This document shows, piece after piece, positions 26,983 to 38,809 of a DNA stretch of 64,000 nucleotides. Below the pieces are notes generated by a model. That model was not told the DNA's origin. It worked only from the letters and a program-made list of their open reading frames with translations, and ran no database searches. The first letter of the stretch is position 1. Every line of letters starts with the position of its first letter. The stretch lies in assembly GCA_010093815.1 (NCBI GenBank), contig ML996572.1; one strand, 5' to 3'. The position numbers and the translations under genes are program-made. This stretch comes from Pseudovirgaria hyperparasitica. Taxonomy: Eukaryota.

Positions 26983-28626
26983 GTATGCCCACTAAACTCT
27001 AGGACCAAGGGCTAATACTGGCAGCAGTCTTCAGCTACACGGTACACTTCTGTGTTGTGACGAAGCAGCTTGCTTCTTCTGTTGACGCTTGACGCTGCGA
27101 CAACATCATCATCGTCATCGTAGAGACACCTCACTCACACACACACACTCTCTCTAGTCCTTGAAAGCATACTGCTGGCCGGACTCCTCTCGCACGTGTC
27201 TCTGCCGTGGTGCTCGCAAGAACCTACCACGCCGTGCACGCCCTGATGCACAGAACCGCACTTCCGTCCCGTTGAGCGGCGGACTCCCGACTCGGAGGCT
27301 CTGGGAGCAGAGTTCGTGATGATTGATCGATGTCTCCGCTCTCCGCTACACCAGCGGTGATCCATAAGGAGAGAAATAGAAGCCTCCCTCGCTGTGGCGG
27401 ACCGCCGGTCCCCTCTTCTCATGATCCTAGTAAAGTCTCAGGGCAGAGCAAATCCTTCTATGTTGTAGATCTGGGAGGCTTGAAGCTTGTTCAATGATAA
27501 AGCGGACACCAGTCTTTTTGGGCATAGACGCCCAGTGCTTACCTACTCGAATTGTATTACGCATTGGTGCAGCACGCCTAAAGAGGCCCCATCGCTGTGA
27601 GGATCGACGCTGCTTACTCTTCTTTGGTCTGCTGCGCGCACACACGAAACAGCCTCATCGCAACAAGCATCTGCTGCCGGCACAGTGTATTTTCCTTCTT
27701 CGTGGTGGTATTAGTGCCCCTTCGGTGGTTGTGACACTACGCTCTGCGCGTTCCATTCAATACGATTCCATCTCCACGTCGCGCTTCGTCCACGGCTAAT
27801 TCTCCATGAAACCAAGCAACCGTCTCCGCTCCGCATCAACTCATAGGCTAGCCGAGGCGTGGACCGGCTACAGTGTTGTAATCCTTATCGAACTAGCTAC
27901 AGCATCAGTCGATCTGTTTGATGTTGATTGGTCATGACCGCCAATCTGTAGCTTACCGTCGTCTTTTGCAACATCTCATCCCTCGTTCCTAGTCTCTGTT
28001 GCTCATCTGCTCAGGCCCTTTTTTTTCTGGTATACGAAACCAGGTTCTTAGTCTGGGTGTGTAGTGTATGCCTGCTTTCACGTACCAATAGGCTACAGAG
28101 AAAATTCTGCTATGTCTCACCGCATGTCTAGCCTTGCTCTGCGAACAGGAGCTCCCTGTCACTTTCTGATTTTCTGAAGGACACGCGACTAATGTATTGC
28201 GCGGCATACGACGGTGTTTTTACATGCTGGGTAGCTCGGCCTAGTATTGCCTCTTCACCACCTAGAAGCGTTCTGTTTCCTTTTGTGACTTCCGTACGCT
28301 GGGGCGCCACGATATCTACAGACAAAGGATGCAATTCTGGTGCAGTGGTCATCCTCTAGAGCTTGTCACATATCCTTATCCTAGCCCGCGTCGCCGTTGC
28401 TTGATGATGCATGCAGGGTAAACGCCTCTCGTGTGCCTCTCATGTGGCAAGCAAACATTACGGATGGTCCCGTCTGATGTTTGGCATGAAAATCACGCGC
28501 TCGCTGGATCTCTTGTCGATCCTCACGCAATCCACGGAGGGGTAGTGGGGCACTTCCTGGTGAGTTGTCGCGACATATCATGGATGCTGTCACACGCCAA
28601 GTCTGCCGCATTGATATTGATATTGT

Positions 28627-29679
28627 TTACGAGCTGGCAGAACCAAGGTCTTCAGCAGCATCAGGGCGGTTCCAGCTTTCATTTTCGAGCTGCTCCACCA
28701 ATCGTGTGATTTCTTGAGCTCTGGCCGTGTACTTAGCACGGGCCGCTTCTTGAAGTTGAAACGTCTCTTTGAACTTCGCAAGCATGAATAGTGGTAGGGA
28801 GCACTTCTTGCCCACTCGATAGTCGTACATGACTATGTCCTCGACACACCGTGCTGCAGGTCGTTGGTGTCGCTCTGATAAGATTAGGACATCCAGAATG
28901 AACGCATCCATGCCTGCCTTAGGCTCGGAGTGTAGTTTGTGTAACACTGTCACGCGATCCGGAAACATCATAGGCTGCGAGACTCATCAGCTATATATAT
29001 ATCAGACATCTTCGCATATCTGGTGCAGCTCACGAATTTGTAGTCGGTCCGTATACTTCGCAGTATCATCCCTTCACCTTTTGGCGTGTCCAATTCACTC
29101 CATTGACTGCAATGCTCAACGTCTGCTTTGGCGAAATTCCGCGTCCATTGTACGCGACCGGACTCGGCCCAGCGATTGAACTTCACATTGTTGACATGTC
29201 CTGTCACACAAGATCAGCTCAAGGCACGAGAGGTGCAGCGAAGCTACAAACCCTGTGAGATATTAGCACTCTATGTGAGGCATATGACGGAGTCTTCCCA
29301 CCATAGAGTCCTGGTCACCCCAGAATATCTCATGCCTCCATAAGCCTCGTCTTCCCTTTTGTGTCAAGAAGCCTTCCCCTCCAGCTAGGAAGTCTCGCCA
29401 ATCTGTTGTTAATTCCTTCAAGATTGCTCCAGCGCGTAATGTCTGCGCTTCGTTTATCCCAAATGTTATGCAATAACCCAACCTTGCCTTCATGCTAGAT
29501 AGCCATCGTGGATCAGGCGTAGCTATAGCAGAGCTTGACCCAGAAGAAGTGGCCGAAGTCGAATACGTTCGATATTGCGCCAGATAGTTAGGCAATAGAA
29601 CATGCGTCAAACGAGCTGTGGTCGCTGTTCCGGGATGCGTGCACATGATGAAGGAGGCCATTGAACCTTTCGCCGCCAT
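28627..29679 (-). CDS. Hot-dog-fold (4HBT-like) thioesterase, probably mitochondrial
   Basis: Spliced product has WGDQDSM-G-HVNNVKFNRWAESGR..GMILRSIRTDYKF|PMMFPDRVTVLHKL..AARCVEDIVMYDY. The correct frame requires a 1-nt exon at 29252 (see findings). Confidence 0.85.
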
Positions 29680-30023
29680 AGCCTAGAGCAGTAATTCGAG
29701 CAAGCCAGTTTACGATAGTCTGAGTACCCCGAGTATATTGAGATATGGAAAATGTATCATAGAAAGAAGGACTGACAGCGTTGTAGACTTGGAGATGTGA
29801 GGTTCAATTTCAGTTTCCGCCCACGCGGTCGGCGGGTCGGCAGCTCTCTCCATGGACTGGGGAAACAATAGCTTTACGTCACTGGACTCGTCCATCAATT
29901 GGACTACCTACTTCAATTTCTTGTCATCGAACCCCTCACTTGATGAACTCTTACATTACCACAATTCTCTAGCACCTTTTCAAAAAGTAATCTTGAAGAC
30001 CAGTGTCTTTAGTCTAGCCTGGG

Positions 30024-30434
30024 ATGCCTTCTAAGGAGCTACGCGCTCAAGTTATACGTATATACAAAGGTGCGTCAACCTCACTATTTTCGCTACTACC
30101 CTGCCTGGTTACAGTCTGATACAAGCAGAGCTCCTATACCTTGGACGCGAGTACCCTCTTGGCTACGACTACTTCCGACATCGTCTTCATAAAGCCTTCC
30201 TCAGTCAAGCACAACTGGATAGCGATGAGGCAATCAAAAAAGGCGTTGAGCGAGCAGAGTTCGTGAAAAAAGAAATAGAGGCACTGTAGGTTCACGAGAC
30301 TTTTTATTATATTTGTGTACACGGGGTGGTGTATATAGGTGCAGGAGTCGCTTGGATAAGCTAACAAGACGCGTTTCTCCAGATATTACCTCAAGCGATA
30401 TCGCACCCTGCGCAAACGCTACGAAAACGTATAA
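30024..30434 (+). CDS. LYR-motif protein, LYRM5/ETFRF1-like (84 aa)
   Basis: Exons 30024-30069, 30129-30285 and 30383-30434 give [84 protein letters not shown]. Not in the ORF track. Confidence 0.88.
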
Positions 30435-30480
30435 TCCATACCGTATCGCAGAAACGCCGAAGCGGAAACACACCGAAGAC

Positions 30481-31894
30481 TCAGGACATTCCAACCTTGC
30501 GCGCCCACCACGCTCCTATTTCTAAACACTCGCCGTTATTAGCGCTGTGATTCTCAAGAAGGTCCGACATCATCCACGCCCACCAGCGCTGCCATTCTTC
30601 GGCATTCTTGCCGCTTGCATCTTTAAGGATTGGCTCCAAGCTTTCTATATGCTGTATAACAATCATCAAAGCAGTATAGCGCACAGCAGCTTGCTCCTCG
30701 GTCAAACTTGAATGTTCGGCTACTTTTTGAGGTTTTCGCCGAGTCGACTCTTCACGTCTTTTGGAGGACTTTTCGCCCTCTCGTTCCCAACGCATCTCGT
30801 CTAAAGGAATTGCGAAACGCCTGAAGTCAACTTCGCTCATCGTGTCTTCCTGAAGAAGAATGCCCGCGATTCGAGTACATGGCGATGGTGAAAGTTTTCT
30901 TTTGTCGAGCGCACTTTCCAACCATTGGTTGAAGTCTTGCAGAAACTTGTTCTGTGCAAGCACAAAAGGTGTGCCAGGGAATATAGGAAACGTGCCTGTA
31001 GCTCGGGCCTGTTGGCTGTCCTCTTTGCGGACATTTGCCAAGCTTAATGGAGTTGGTTGTAAGGAGCGTATTACATGGTCCGTCTCCCATATCTCCAGGA
31101 TCCCACCTGGTTTCAACACCCTGCAGCATTCGTCAAGCATGCGCTGTGAAGATGTACCAAGCGGGACAGCGTGGCTGAGGTCTTTCAGCACGAGCAGATC
31201 AAACTCAGCATCATCGAATGGCAATGGAACCCTTCTCAGGTCGTGCTGGATGAACTTCCAGTTCATGCCTTGTTTTGAAAAGTCTGGCGCAAGGGATACT
31301 ATATCAACCCCAGTGAATGACACGTTATCATGACCCAAGCTGGAGAAATAATCGTGGCAGAGTGATGCCCAATATCCGCCTCCGCAACCTACGTCGAGCA
31401 CTTTTGACGGCGGGTTGCTGGTCATTTGCGGGGCACAAATGGGCTTTCCAAACACCTTCATCGCCAAGCTAGTATATAGATTTTGCCTATTAAGTTCAGG
31501 AAGGTCGCAGGGCAGGGGATAGGTGCTATCATGAAGGTATCGACGGCCGTGACGCAGAGTGAAGACTGTCGTTGAGGCGTCCATCGCATCGTCGCGCGTG
31601 CTCTGCGCCAGCACGCTGGTTATTGGCGGGCGACTGAAGTCCATCGCATGCACAGGAGGAGGCGTTAAGGAGGAACCGACAACAACACCACTCGAGATGA
31701 CGCGTCCGAGAGCATCGTGAGTGGAGAAGTCGCTGGGTGCTTGTGGTTCGACTTGAGCAGTGCGAGGACGTGAGGGACCACCGCCCTGAGGGGGGAATCG
31801 GTACTGTGCAGGGGGCTTGAATTTAGTCACGGTTCGTTTTGACACGGGAAACGCCGGGCGGGCAAAGCGTAATTACCATCATCCAGTCCGTCAT
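30481..31894 (-). CDS. Class I SAM-dependent methyltransferase-like protein
   Basis: YPLPCDLPELNRQ, motif I VLDVGCGGGYW, GVDI, LPFDDAEFDL and RVLKPGGILEIWE. An 18-nt first exon (MTDWMM, 31877-31894) plus intron 31804-31876 supplies the ATG. Confidence 0.82.
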
Positions 31895-33540
31895 GACTGG
31901 TCTCTACTAATAATTACCCCGCCTGCTAGTGGGACGCAGAGAGGAGAGACGAAAGACGAGAGAATAAGTGTGAGAGACCAGTAATAGATAGCCTGGTGTC
32001 TCAAAGTCTGCTGCACCAGCTGGACAATCGAATCAGACACGTGTGTCCAGTTTGTTGGTCTTTGTTTGCTGTATGGCTTTGGCGGGCCTGCGGGCTCTAG
32101 CGCTTTCATCGAGAACGACAGCAAACGCGATGGGAAGAGCGAAAGCGAGAGCGATGTCGATTAATGTACATGATGAGAATGGCGGGGGGAAAGGGATTGC
32201 TTATTAGAGATCGAATAGCGTGGTGAAACGTACGGGCATGAGGAGGTTCCGACTGTGTATGGATGCGCGAATGGCAAGCCTGTACTGTTGTTATTAATAC
32301 CTGGTGCGCCTCCTCACATGAAGAACATCAACATCATCATCATTATAATTAGTCCGGCCGCTAGGATCTACAGCGAGGATGAATTTTGAATAGAATAACA
32401 TGGTCAGCTGTGACTAATGTTCAATGGTAACTAGCTATATGGCAAAATATAACGACTGCATCTTTCATTTCAGACCAGGCCTGAATTGCATACCTACGAT
32501 GGCTCGAAGACCCAAGCATGAGCACTGAGGTGAACTGATGTGGTGTCCTGCTGGAGTCTTGGCTGATTGAGGTCTGAAAGCGCCCCCGGCTGAGACAATA
32601 CCGATATACATGGTTAGGAAGAGAAAGTGATATTTATATATGGGTCAATATGCATACCAGGAGCGAAACGCTGCGCTGTACAGGGGCTGCAAAGAGCCAT
32701 GAAGGGACGTAGATGGGAACGAGCGTCAAGAGTGAGTAGAAGAAAAGGCGTCAGACTGATAGAAGAGAAGAGCTGAGTTCAACCTGAGAAACATGAAGAT
32801 CCAGAAGCGACCAAAGTGCTGGAGAATAATTAGCATCCATACAGTAATACTCTGAAGCAGTTGGTTTTGCTACTGCGAGGTCACGTGAGAGTCCGTGCTG
32901 TGGTTGGATCACGAACTTGCTTGCCCAGCACCGCATCGCCAAAGTCCTGACCTTCCCTTGCAATCCCATCAGCTATCTATTCTTCACAATCTCCCGCTTC
33001 AGTACTACGGACACTGTTTACGACTCACTCTCTCTCCGCAGCTAAGAGCTTTGTTTTAGCTTGGTCCTGTTCAAATTGTACGTTCATCAACGTGCGTGAC
33101 GACATTCACTCTCCAGGCCATGTCGCGCCCACCCCGGACTCCGTATGTAGAACAAAGCTAAAGCTAATAAGATCAAGATAACCTACAGGACCTCGATTGA
33201 CTGTTGACCTTCCTTCACTTCCTCCGATCATCGTTGACGACAACGCCCACGTCTGGCCTTCGACGCTTTTCTTTCTCGCTTTCGACCGCACACAAACACG
33301 ACCGCGTGCAGAGTCATCCACCGCTTTGTCGCAAGCCGCCAGGCGGCTGGGCCACGTCCATCTCTCGATAAATGCATGTGCGTCGCTCGCAAACAGATGT
33401 TAAAGCGAAGAAGACAACGTCTAAGACCCCTACCTCCTACCTAACTTCGCATCCTAATACGTACCAACCTCATCCACACTCCGCGACCAGAAGGCAGGCC
33501 GGGCATAAAACTGTGTCATCTGGCACATCAGCTCCGGTAG

Positions 33541-35915
33541 ATGGCAGATGGTTCATACCGGTTCCAACAGGGAGCCGGGCAATTCTTCTATCCTCAACAC
33601 AACCAACAGTCACATTTCCCTCGGCACCTCCAACAGCGAGCCTCATCTCCCGTCAGTAACGCGGCCCGAGCAGGCTTCAACACAGACGCAACATCGCCAT
33701 CACGATCGCCTGGTCCGCAGTCTCCGGCGCAGAACCAATACGGCATGTTCAGTCAGAATCACCAGCAGCAGAATCAGCATGGCATGATAAATGGGGGATC
33801 AGCCCACAATCGCTTCAATATGGGAATGGGTCTGAAGCATTTTCAACAAGGCCATCAAAATCAGAACCATCAGCAGCACCAGGATCATGGAAATGGTCAC
33901 GGCCCCAGTTATGGCAATCATCAACATAATGTTTCAAGTGGAGGCCTCTCTAACGCGCCACAGCATTTCGGAAATAACCACCTTCAAAATGGCACACCAG
34001 GCAGTACTCACAGTGGCCTAAGCAAGCACCATAGTGAACACTGGCAAGAACAATTGGCACTGTGTCAGCGCGCAAGAGAGATGACGATGTCGCACTCACA
34101 CGCCCGAAATCATCCGAGTGTCAATAAGCAAGTAATGGCAGGAACGACCAATGGATTCGCAAAAGACTCAGACAGAGATGAACGGAACCGGTCAATAGTA
34201 CAGACTGCTGAAGAGGAGGAGAAGCAAGTCTGGACTGCGTTGGATTTTGGAGGGCAGAGTCTGAAAGTGATTAGCAGTGCGCTGTTCGACTATAGCTTTC
34301 TTACGAAACTCTACGTCAATCACAACAAGCTGACGTATATTCCGGCCAAAATTGGACAGTGCAGACACCTCACCATCCTGGACTTCTCGCTAAATGAACT
34401 TCGTTCACTTCCTCCGGAGATGGGCATGCTGACAAGCCTTACGCAGCTCCTGCTCTTTGACAACAAGCTGGAATCGCTGCCTATGGAACTAGGCTCGCTG
34501 TTTCAACTAGAGATGCTTGGTATCGAAGGTAACAATCTCTTGGATGAAAACTACTTCAACATCATCATGGACGCCGGGACCAAGGAACTGATTACTTGGT
34601 TCCGCGAGAATGCTGATGGTACGTACACGATATGGGCCCATATGACGGTAAGCTGACTGAAGCAGTTCCTGATCCACCGTGCGAGCGTGATTGGATCGTG
34701 TTGGACGACACGTCGATACCAGCTGAGGATAAGTTTACTGTCCTGAATTATAACACACTGTGTGATAAGTATGCGACTCAGCAACAGTATGGGTTTGCTC
34801 CGACGCGCGCCCTTGCCTGGGAACATCGAAAGGAACTGCTTCTCGACGAGCTTCGAGCTAGGAACGCAGATATCATGGGCTTGCAGGAGATGGACGCCGA
34901 GAGTTACAACGACTATTTCCGACCGAATCTAGCCAGCAATGACTACAAAGGAGTTTTCCACCAAAAAGGACGTGCGAGGACGATGGGTGGGCAAGATGCA
35001 AAGTCTGTTGATGGATGTGCGACCTTTTTCAAGAACAAAAAGTGAGTGTAGCCGAAGACTGTTTTCTAAATTCTAATCATGCGCTCCAGGTACATCCTTC
35101 TCGACAAGGCGACGATCAACTTTGCACAAATTGCCATCAACAGACCTGACATGAAAGGCGAACACGACATCTTCAATCGCGTCATGCCTCGTGACGATGT
35201 TGCCCTTATTGTATTCCTGGAAAATCGAATGACAGGAACACGATTGATCGTGGCAAACTCTCACCATTACTGGAATCCTTTGTATGAAGATGTAAAAGTC
35301 GTTCAAGTAGCCATTCTTCTTGATGAACTCTCGAAGCTAGCCGACAAATGGTCGAAACACCCTCCATGCGTGGACAAGAAGGTATTCAGCTTTGCAGATG
35401 CAGATGCGGACGACGATGTAGAAGAAACGCAGGAAGTACCACAGGAGCCTGCGCCTTCGAAGAGCTACGCGGACAAGACAGAGATTCCTATCATAATGTG
35501 TGGCGATTACAACTCTGGGCCAGAATCGCCTGTGTATGAGCTCGTCTCCCAAGGCAGCTTATCTCCTTCCCATCGCAACCTCGTCGACCACAAGTACGGA
35601 GACTTCACGAAGACTGGAATCAGCCATCCTTTCAGTCTGCGGTCCAGCTATGCAAACATCAACGAGCTCAGCTTCACAAACTATACAGCGAGCTTTACGG
35701 GTATTCTAGACTACATTTGGTACTCTACCAACGCGCTGCAGGTTACTGGGTTGCTTGGAGATGTGGACAAGGAATATCTGAAGCGTGTGCCTGGATTCCC
35801 GAATTATCACTTTCCTAGCGATCATCTGGCGTTGGTTTCGGAATTCGTTGTCAAGGGGAAAAAGAAAGCGGCTGTGGAGGCAGACTTTGGCAATCAAGGG
35901 AGCCGGCGGTCATGA
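33541..35915 (+). CDS. CCR4: CCR4-NOT deadenylase subunit Ccr4 (LRR plus EEP nuclease)
   Basis: Q/N/H-rich N-terminus, LRRs (WTALDFGGQSL...), EEP motifs LNYNTLC, GLQEMD, CGDYNS, LDYIWY and PSDHL; two introns. Confidence 0.96.
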
Positions 35916-36984
35916 TTTAGATAAGTACAGCTGCTTTTGAAACATTTGGAACCCATCCGCAATGTTCGCTTACCAATGTCATTGGCGTCGAACGGGAAAA
36001 GACAAGCCTTTGTTGGAAATATTACTTGGGCGCGAATGCTCGTGGCTGCGAGTTCATGTTGTTTTACGTATCTGGGGCCTGGCGTTTTGATTGTCTGCGT
36101 GCGGTCTCATATCTATCTATGTCGACTTGTCCTCGCCCAGGCCAGACACGCGGCGAGAGGTAGAATGTGTAGGCTTGAAGGGAGTGCATTGGGTGGATAG
36201 GTACTGGGGAATGAAGGATGCTTTCTGCTACGTTTCTTTTTCGTTCTTCTATTCTGCTGTGTCACTTTTGGACTTCGGACCCGAATCTGAATCCACGTCT
36301 TCGTGTCTGTTCTTTCGTCCATGCATATTCTGGACCTGTACTTGGATCTTTACGGCACGGTCACAAGGAGGAGAGGCTCTTCTGTTCTCGGGTATGCGGC
36401 GATTGGACTTGGCTTGCTTGGTTCGGCATCCTGAGCTTCACGTTATGTATTGTCCATTTTTATACTTTCACACCCACTTTATCATAAGCCCATGACTGCG
36501 GTATTACCTCGTCCGTGCGCACAAGACAGCGCCTCAGCCTTGACTCGACTCAGAAATAAGCCAAGGGATGTTGAGGAGAGATACGACGTGACTGTGAATG
36601 AACGGCTCAGTTGCATTCCATTCCAGTCACACTTCCATGTCTTCGATCCATCGATGCATCTGACAAAGGGGGTTAGGGGGGTTCAGAGAGATGGAGGTCG
36701 CGGCACCGGGCACGTGCGGCAACGCCCCCCACCAATTTGGAGGAAGGAACGGAAGGAGCCAGAGCCAGCCAAGACAGACTGGGCAACCCAGCAACAGCCA
36801 CAATTTAATCTTCGTCATGTTCCCACGCGTCGAGATCCTGGGATTCTCCTAATCCCCTATTAAAAACAGCTGCGAACCTCAACTATCTGTTCTTTGTCCC
36901 CCGCATTCACTCCCGCTACCTCAATCCTCCCTCGTCGCCTTTCTACTGTGCATCTCTTCTGCTCACCCCATAACTCTATCCACA

Positions 36985-38162
36985 ATGACTCTTGAGAAGC
37001 GACCTGTCCCCACCGACCCCAAATACGACGACTATGACTATCCTATCGAAGCCCCCGAGCCGAAGCCTGGCCACCCTGGGTTCACTACACCAGAGCAGGA
37101 TGCGCAAGTTGCGCAGCTGCGGATGATGCTGGAAGCAGCAGGATACACTGAACGCCTCGACACTCTGTCTATGGTGAGGGAGCCATTTCATCCTGTCTCA
37201 CTGACGACTTGCTAAAGATTAACTGTGTAGCTGCGATTCCTCCGTGCACGCAAGTTCGACGTTGAAGCCTCGAAGAAAATGTGTATCTTCCTGGACCCCA
37301 CTCCATACTTTCACGAATACTCATGGTGCCAGGTTCATCGACTGTGAAGAGTGGCGAAAGACTTTCGGCGGCGGTCTTGATGACCTGACCAGGAATTTTG
37401 ACTACAAGGAGAAGCCTCAGGTCTTTGCATACTACCCGCAATACTACCACAAGACTGACAAGGTACGAACTTGCTGGAGTTGACCCAGAGGAATCGCCAC
37501 TGACCCTATCCTTACAACTATAGGAAGGACGTCCTGTGTATATCGAGCAGCTCGGCAAGATCGATCTGAATGCTCTCCGTGCCATCACCTCTGACGAGCG
37601 CATGCTTCAAAGTCTGGCTGTCGAGTACGAAAAGCTCATCGATCCGCGCCTACCCGCCTGCTCTCGCAAACAGGGCTACCTCCTCGAGACATGCTGCACG
37701 ATCATGGACGCTAAGGGTGTAGGTATCGCGCGTGCTGGTCAGGTCTATGGTTATCTTCAGCAAGCTTCTGGTATGTCACAAAACTACTACCCTGAGCGCT
37801 TAGGCAAGCTCTACATCATCAATGCACCATGGGGTTTCTCGGGTGTCTTCAGCGTCATCAAGAGATTCTTGGATCCTGTCACTGTCGCGAAGATCCACGT
37901 TCTCGGCTCAAGCTACCAGAGCGAACTTTTGTCCCAGGTCCCCAAGGAAAACCTGCCTAAGCACCTTGGTGGCGACTGTCTATGTGAGGGCGGCTGTGAG
38001 CTCAGTGATGCTGGCCCATGGCGCGATCCGCAATACGCAAAACCTGCCAAGTGGGAGAAGCCCAAGGTAGACACCACCGCTCCGGCTGCCCCTACGGCAG
38101 GAGAGGAAGCTCCTGCTGCACCTGCTACAACAACTGCGACTGAAGCTCCTGCTGCAGCGTGA
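36985..38162 (+). CDS. SEC14: Sec14 phosphatidylinositol/phosphatidylcholine transfer protein
   Basis: GHPGFTTPEQ..RLDTLSM|LRFLRARKFDV..YYPQYYHKTDK|EGRPVYIEQLG..RLPACSRK..SQNYYPERLGKLYIINAPWGFS..SDAGPWRD. Confidence 0.96.
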
Positions 38163-38809
38163 ACGTAGCAAACCACACAACAGACGAGGTGATGACGGTG
38201 TTGGGGCAGTTGTGGCGTCGGGCGGTGAGTAACATTATCCTCGTGGATCATTGAAAAGACATACGAGACCTGTATGGGGATCCGTTTCTTCGTACCTAAA
38301 ATTGTGCATACATAGTGGTATCACTAGAGGCGCTTTGGGGTAGGCCAGACACATCAGTGCATCGTGAGTGAAAGCAGTCGTTAGGTGACGGTGTATTGGG
38401 TAATAGATGAGAATTCCAACAAGTACAAGTCCGTCTGTGTAGCATCGACGTATTACGCTCAGCTGTTCAATTTATCAATAGTTCCGCCCTCCTGACTCAA
38501 GGATCCCAGCACCATCCTCAGCCACATCGTCTGGATTAAGGAAGTCTTATTGAGGTAACTGTAACGCTTGATAGGATGATGAACAGTTTATCCAAGTATA
38601 GTTGCAACAGGCAGTGTTTCTAAGGTTAAGTGTTCCTGATCCTCTGCAAATGTCGTTGCATATATAACTCCCGTAGCACACAGCAAACATGTTGTGGATC
38701 CTTGCAAACAGTGCTAGCCACATACGGCTAAGCCCAACTCCTGACTTGAACCTCATACGATCAATCATTCAGCACAGTCAACAGCATTTCTATCGTCCGA
38801 TGTATTATT

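Noticed and set aside
32581..32680. GGCTGAGACAATACCG resembles the 5' core of a fungal TPP riboswitch
   Set aside because: The downstream CTTGAT...AAT...GCG..AG elements are missing and no thiamine gene is nearby.
36670..36678. GGGTTAGGG telomere-like or telomerase-template-like 9-mer
   Set aside because: Single copy inside a G-run in a short intergenic region, with no supporting telomerase RNA features.
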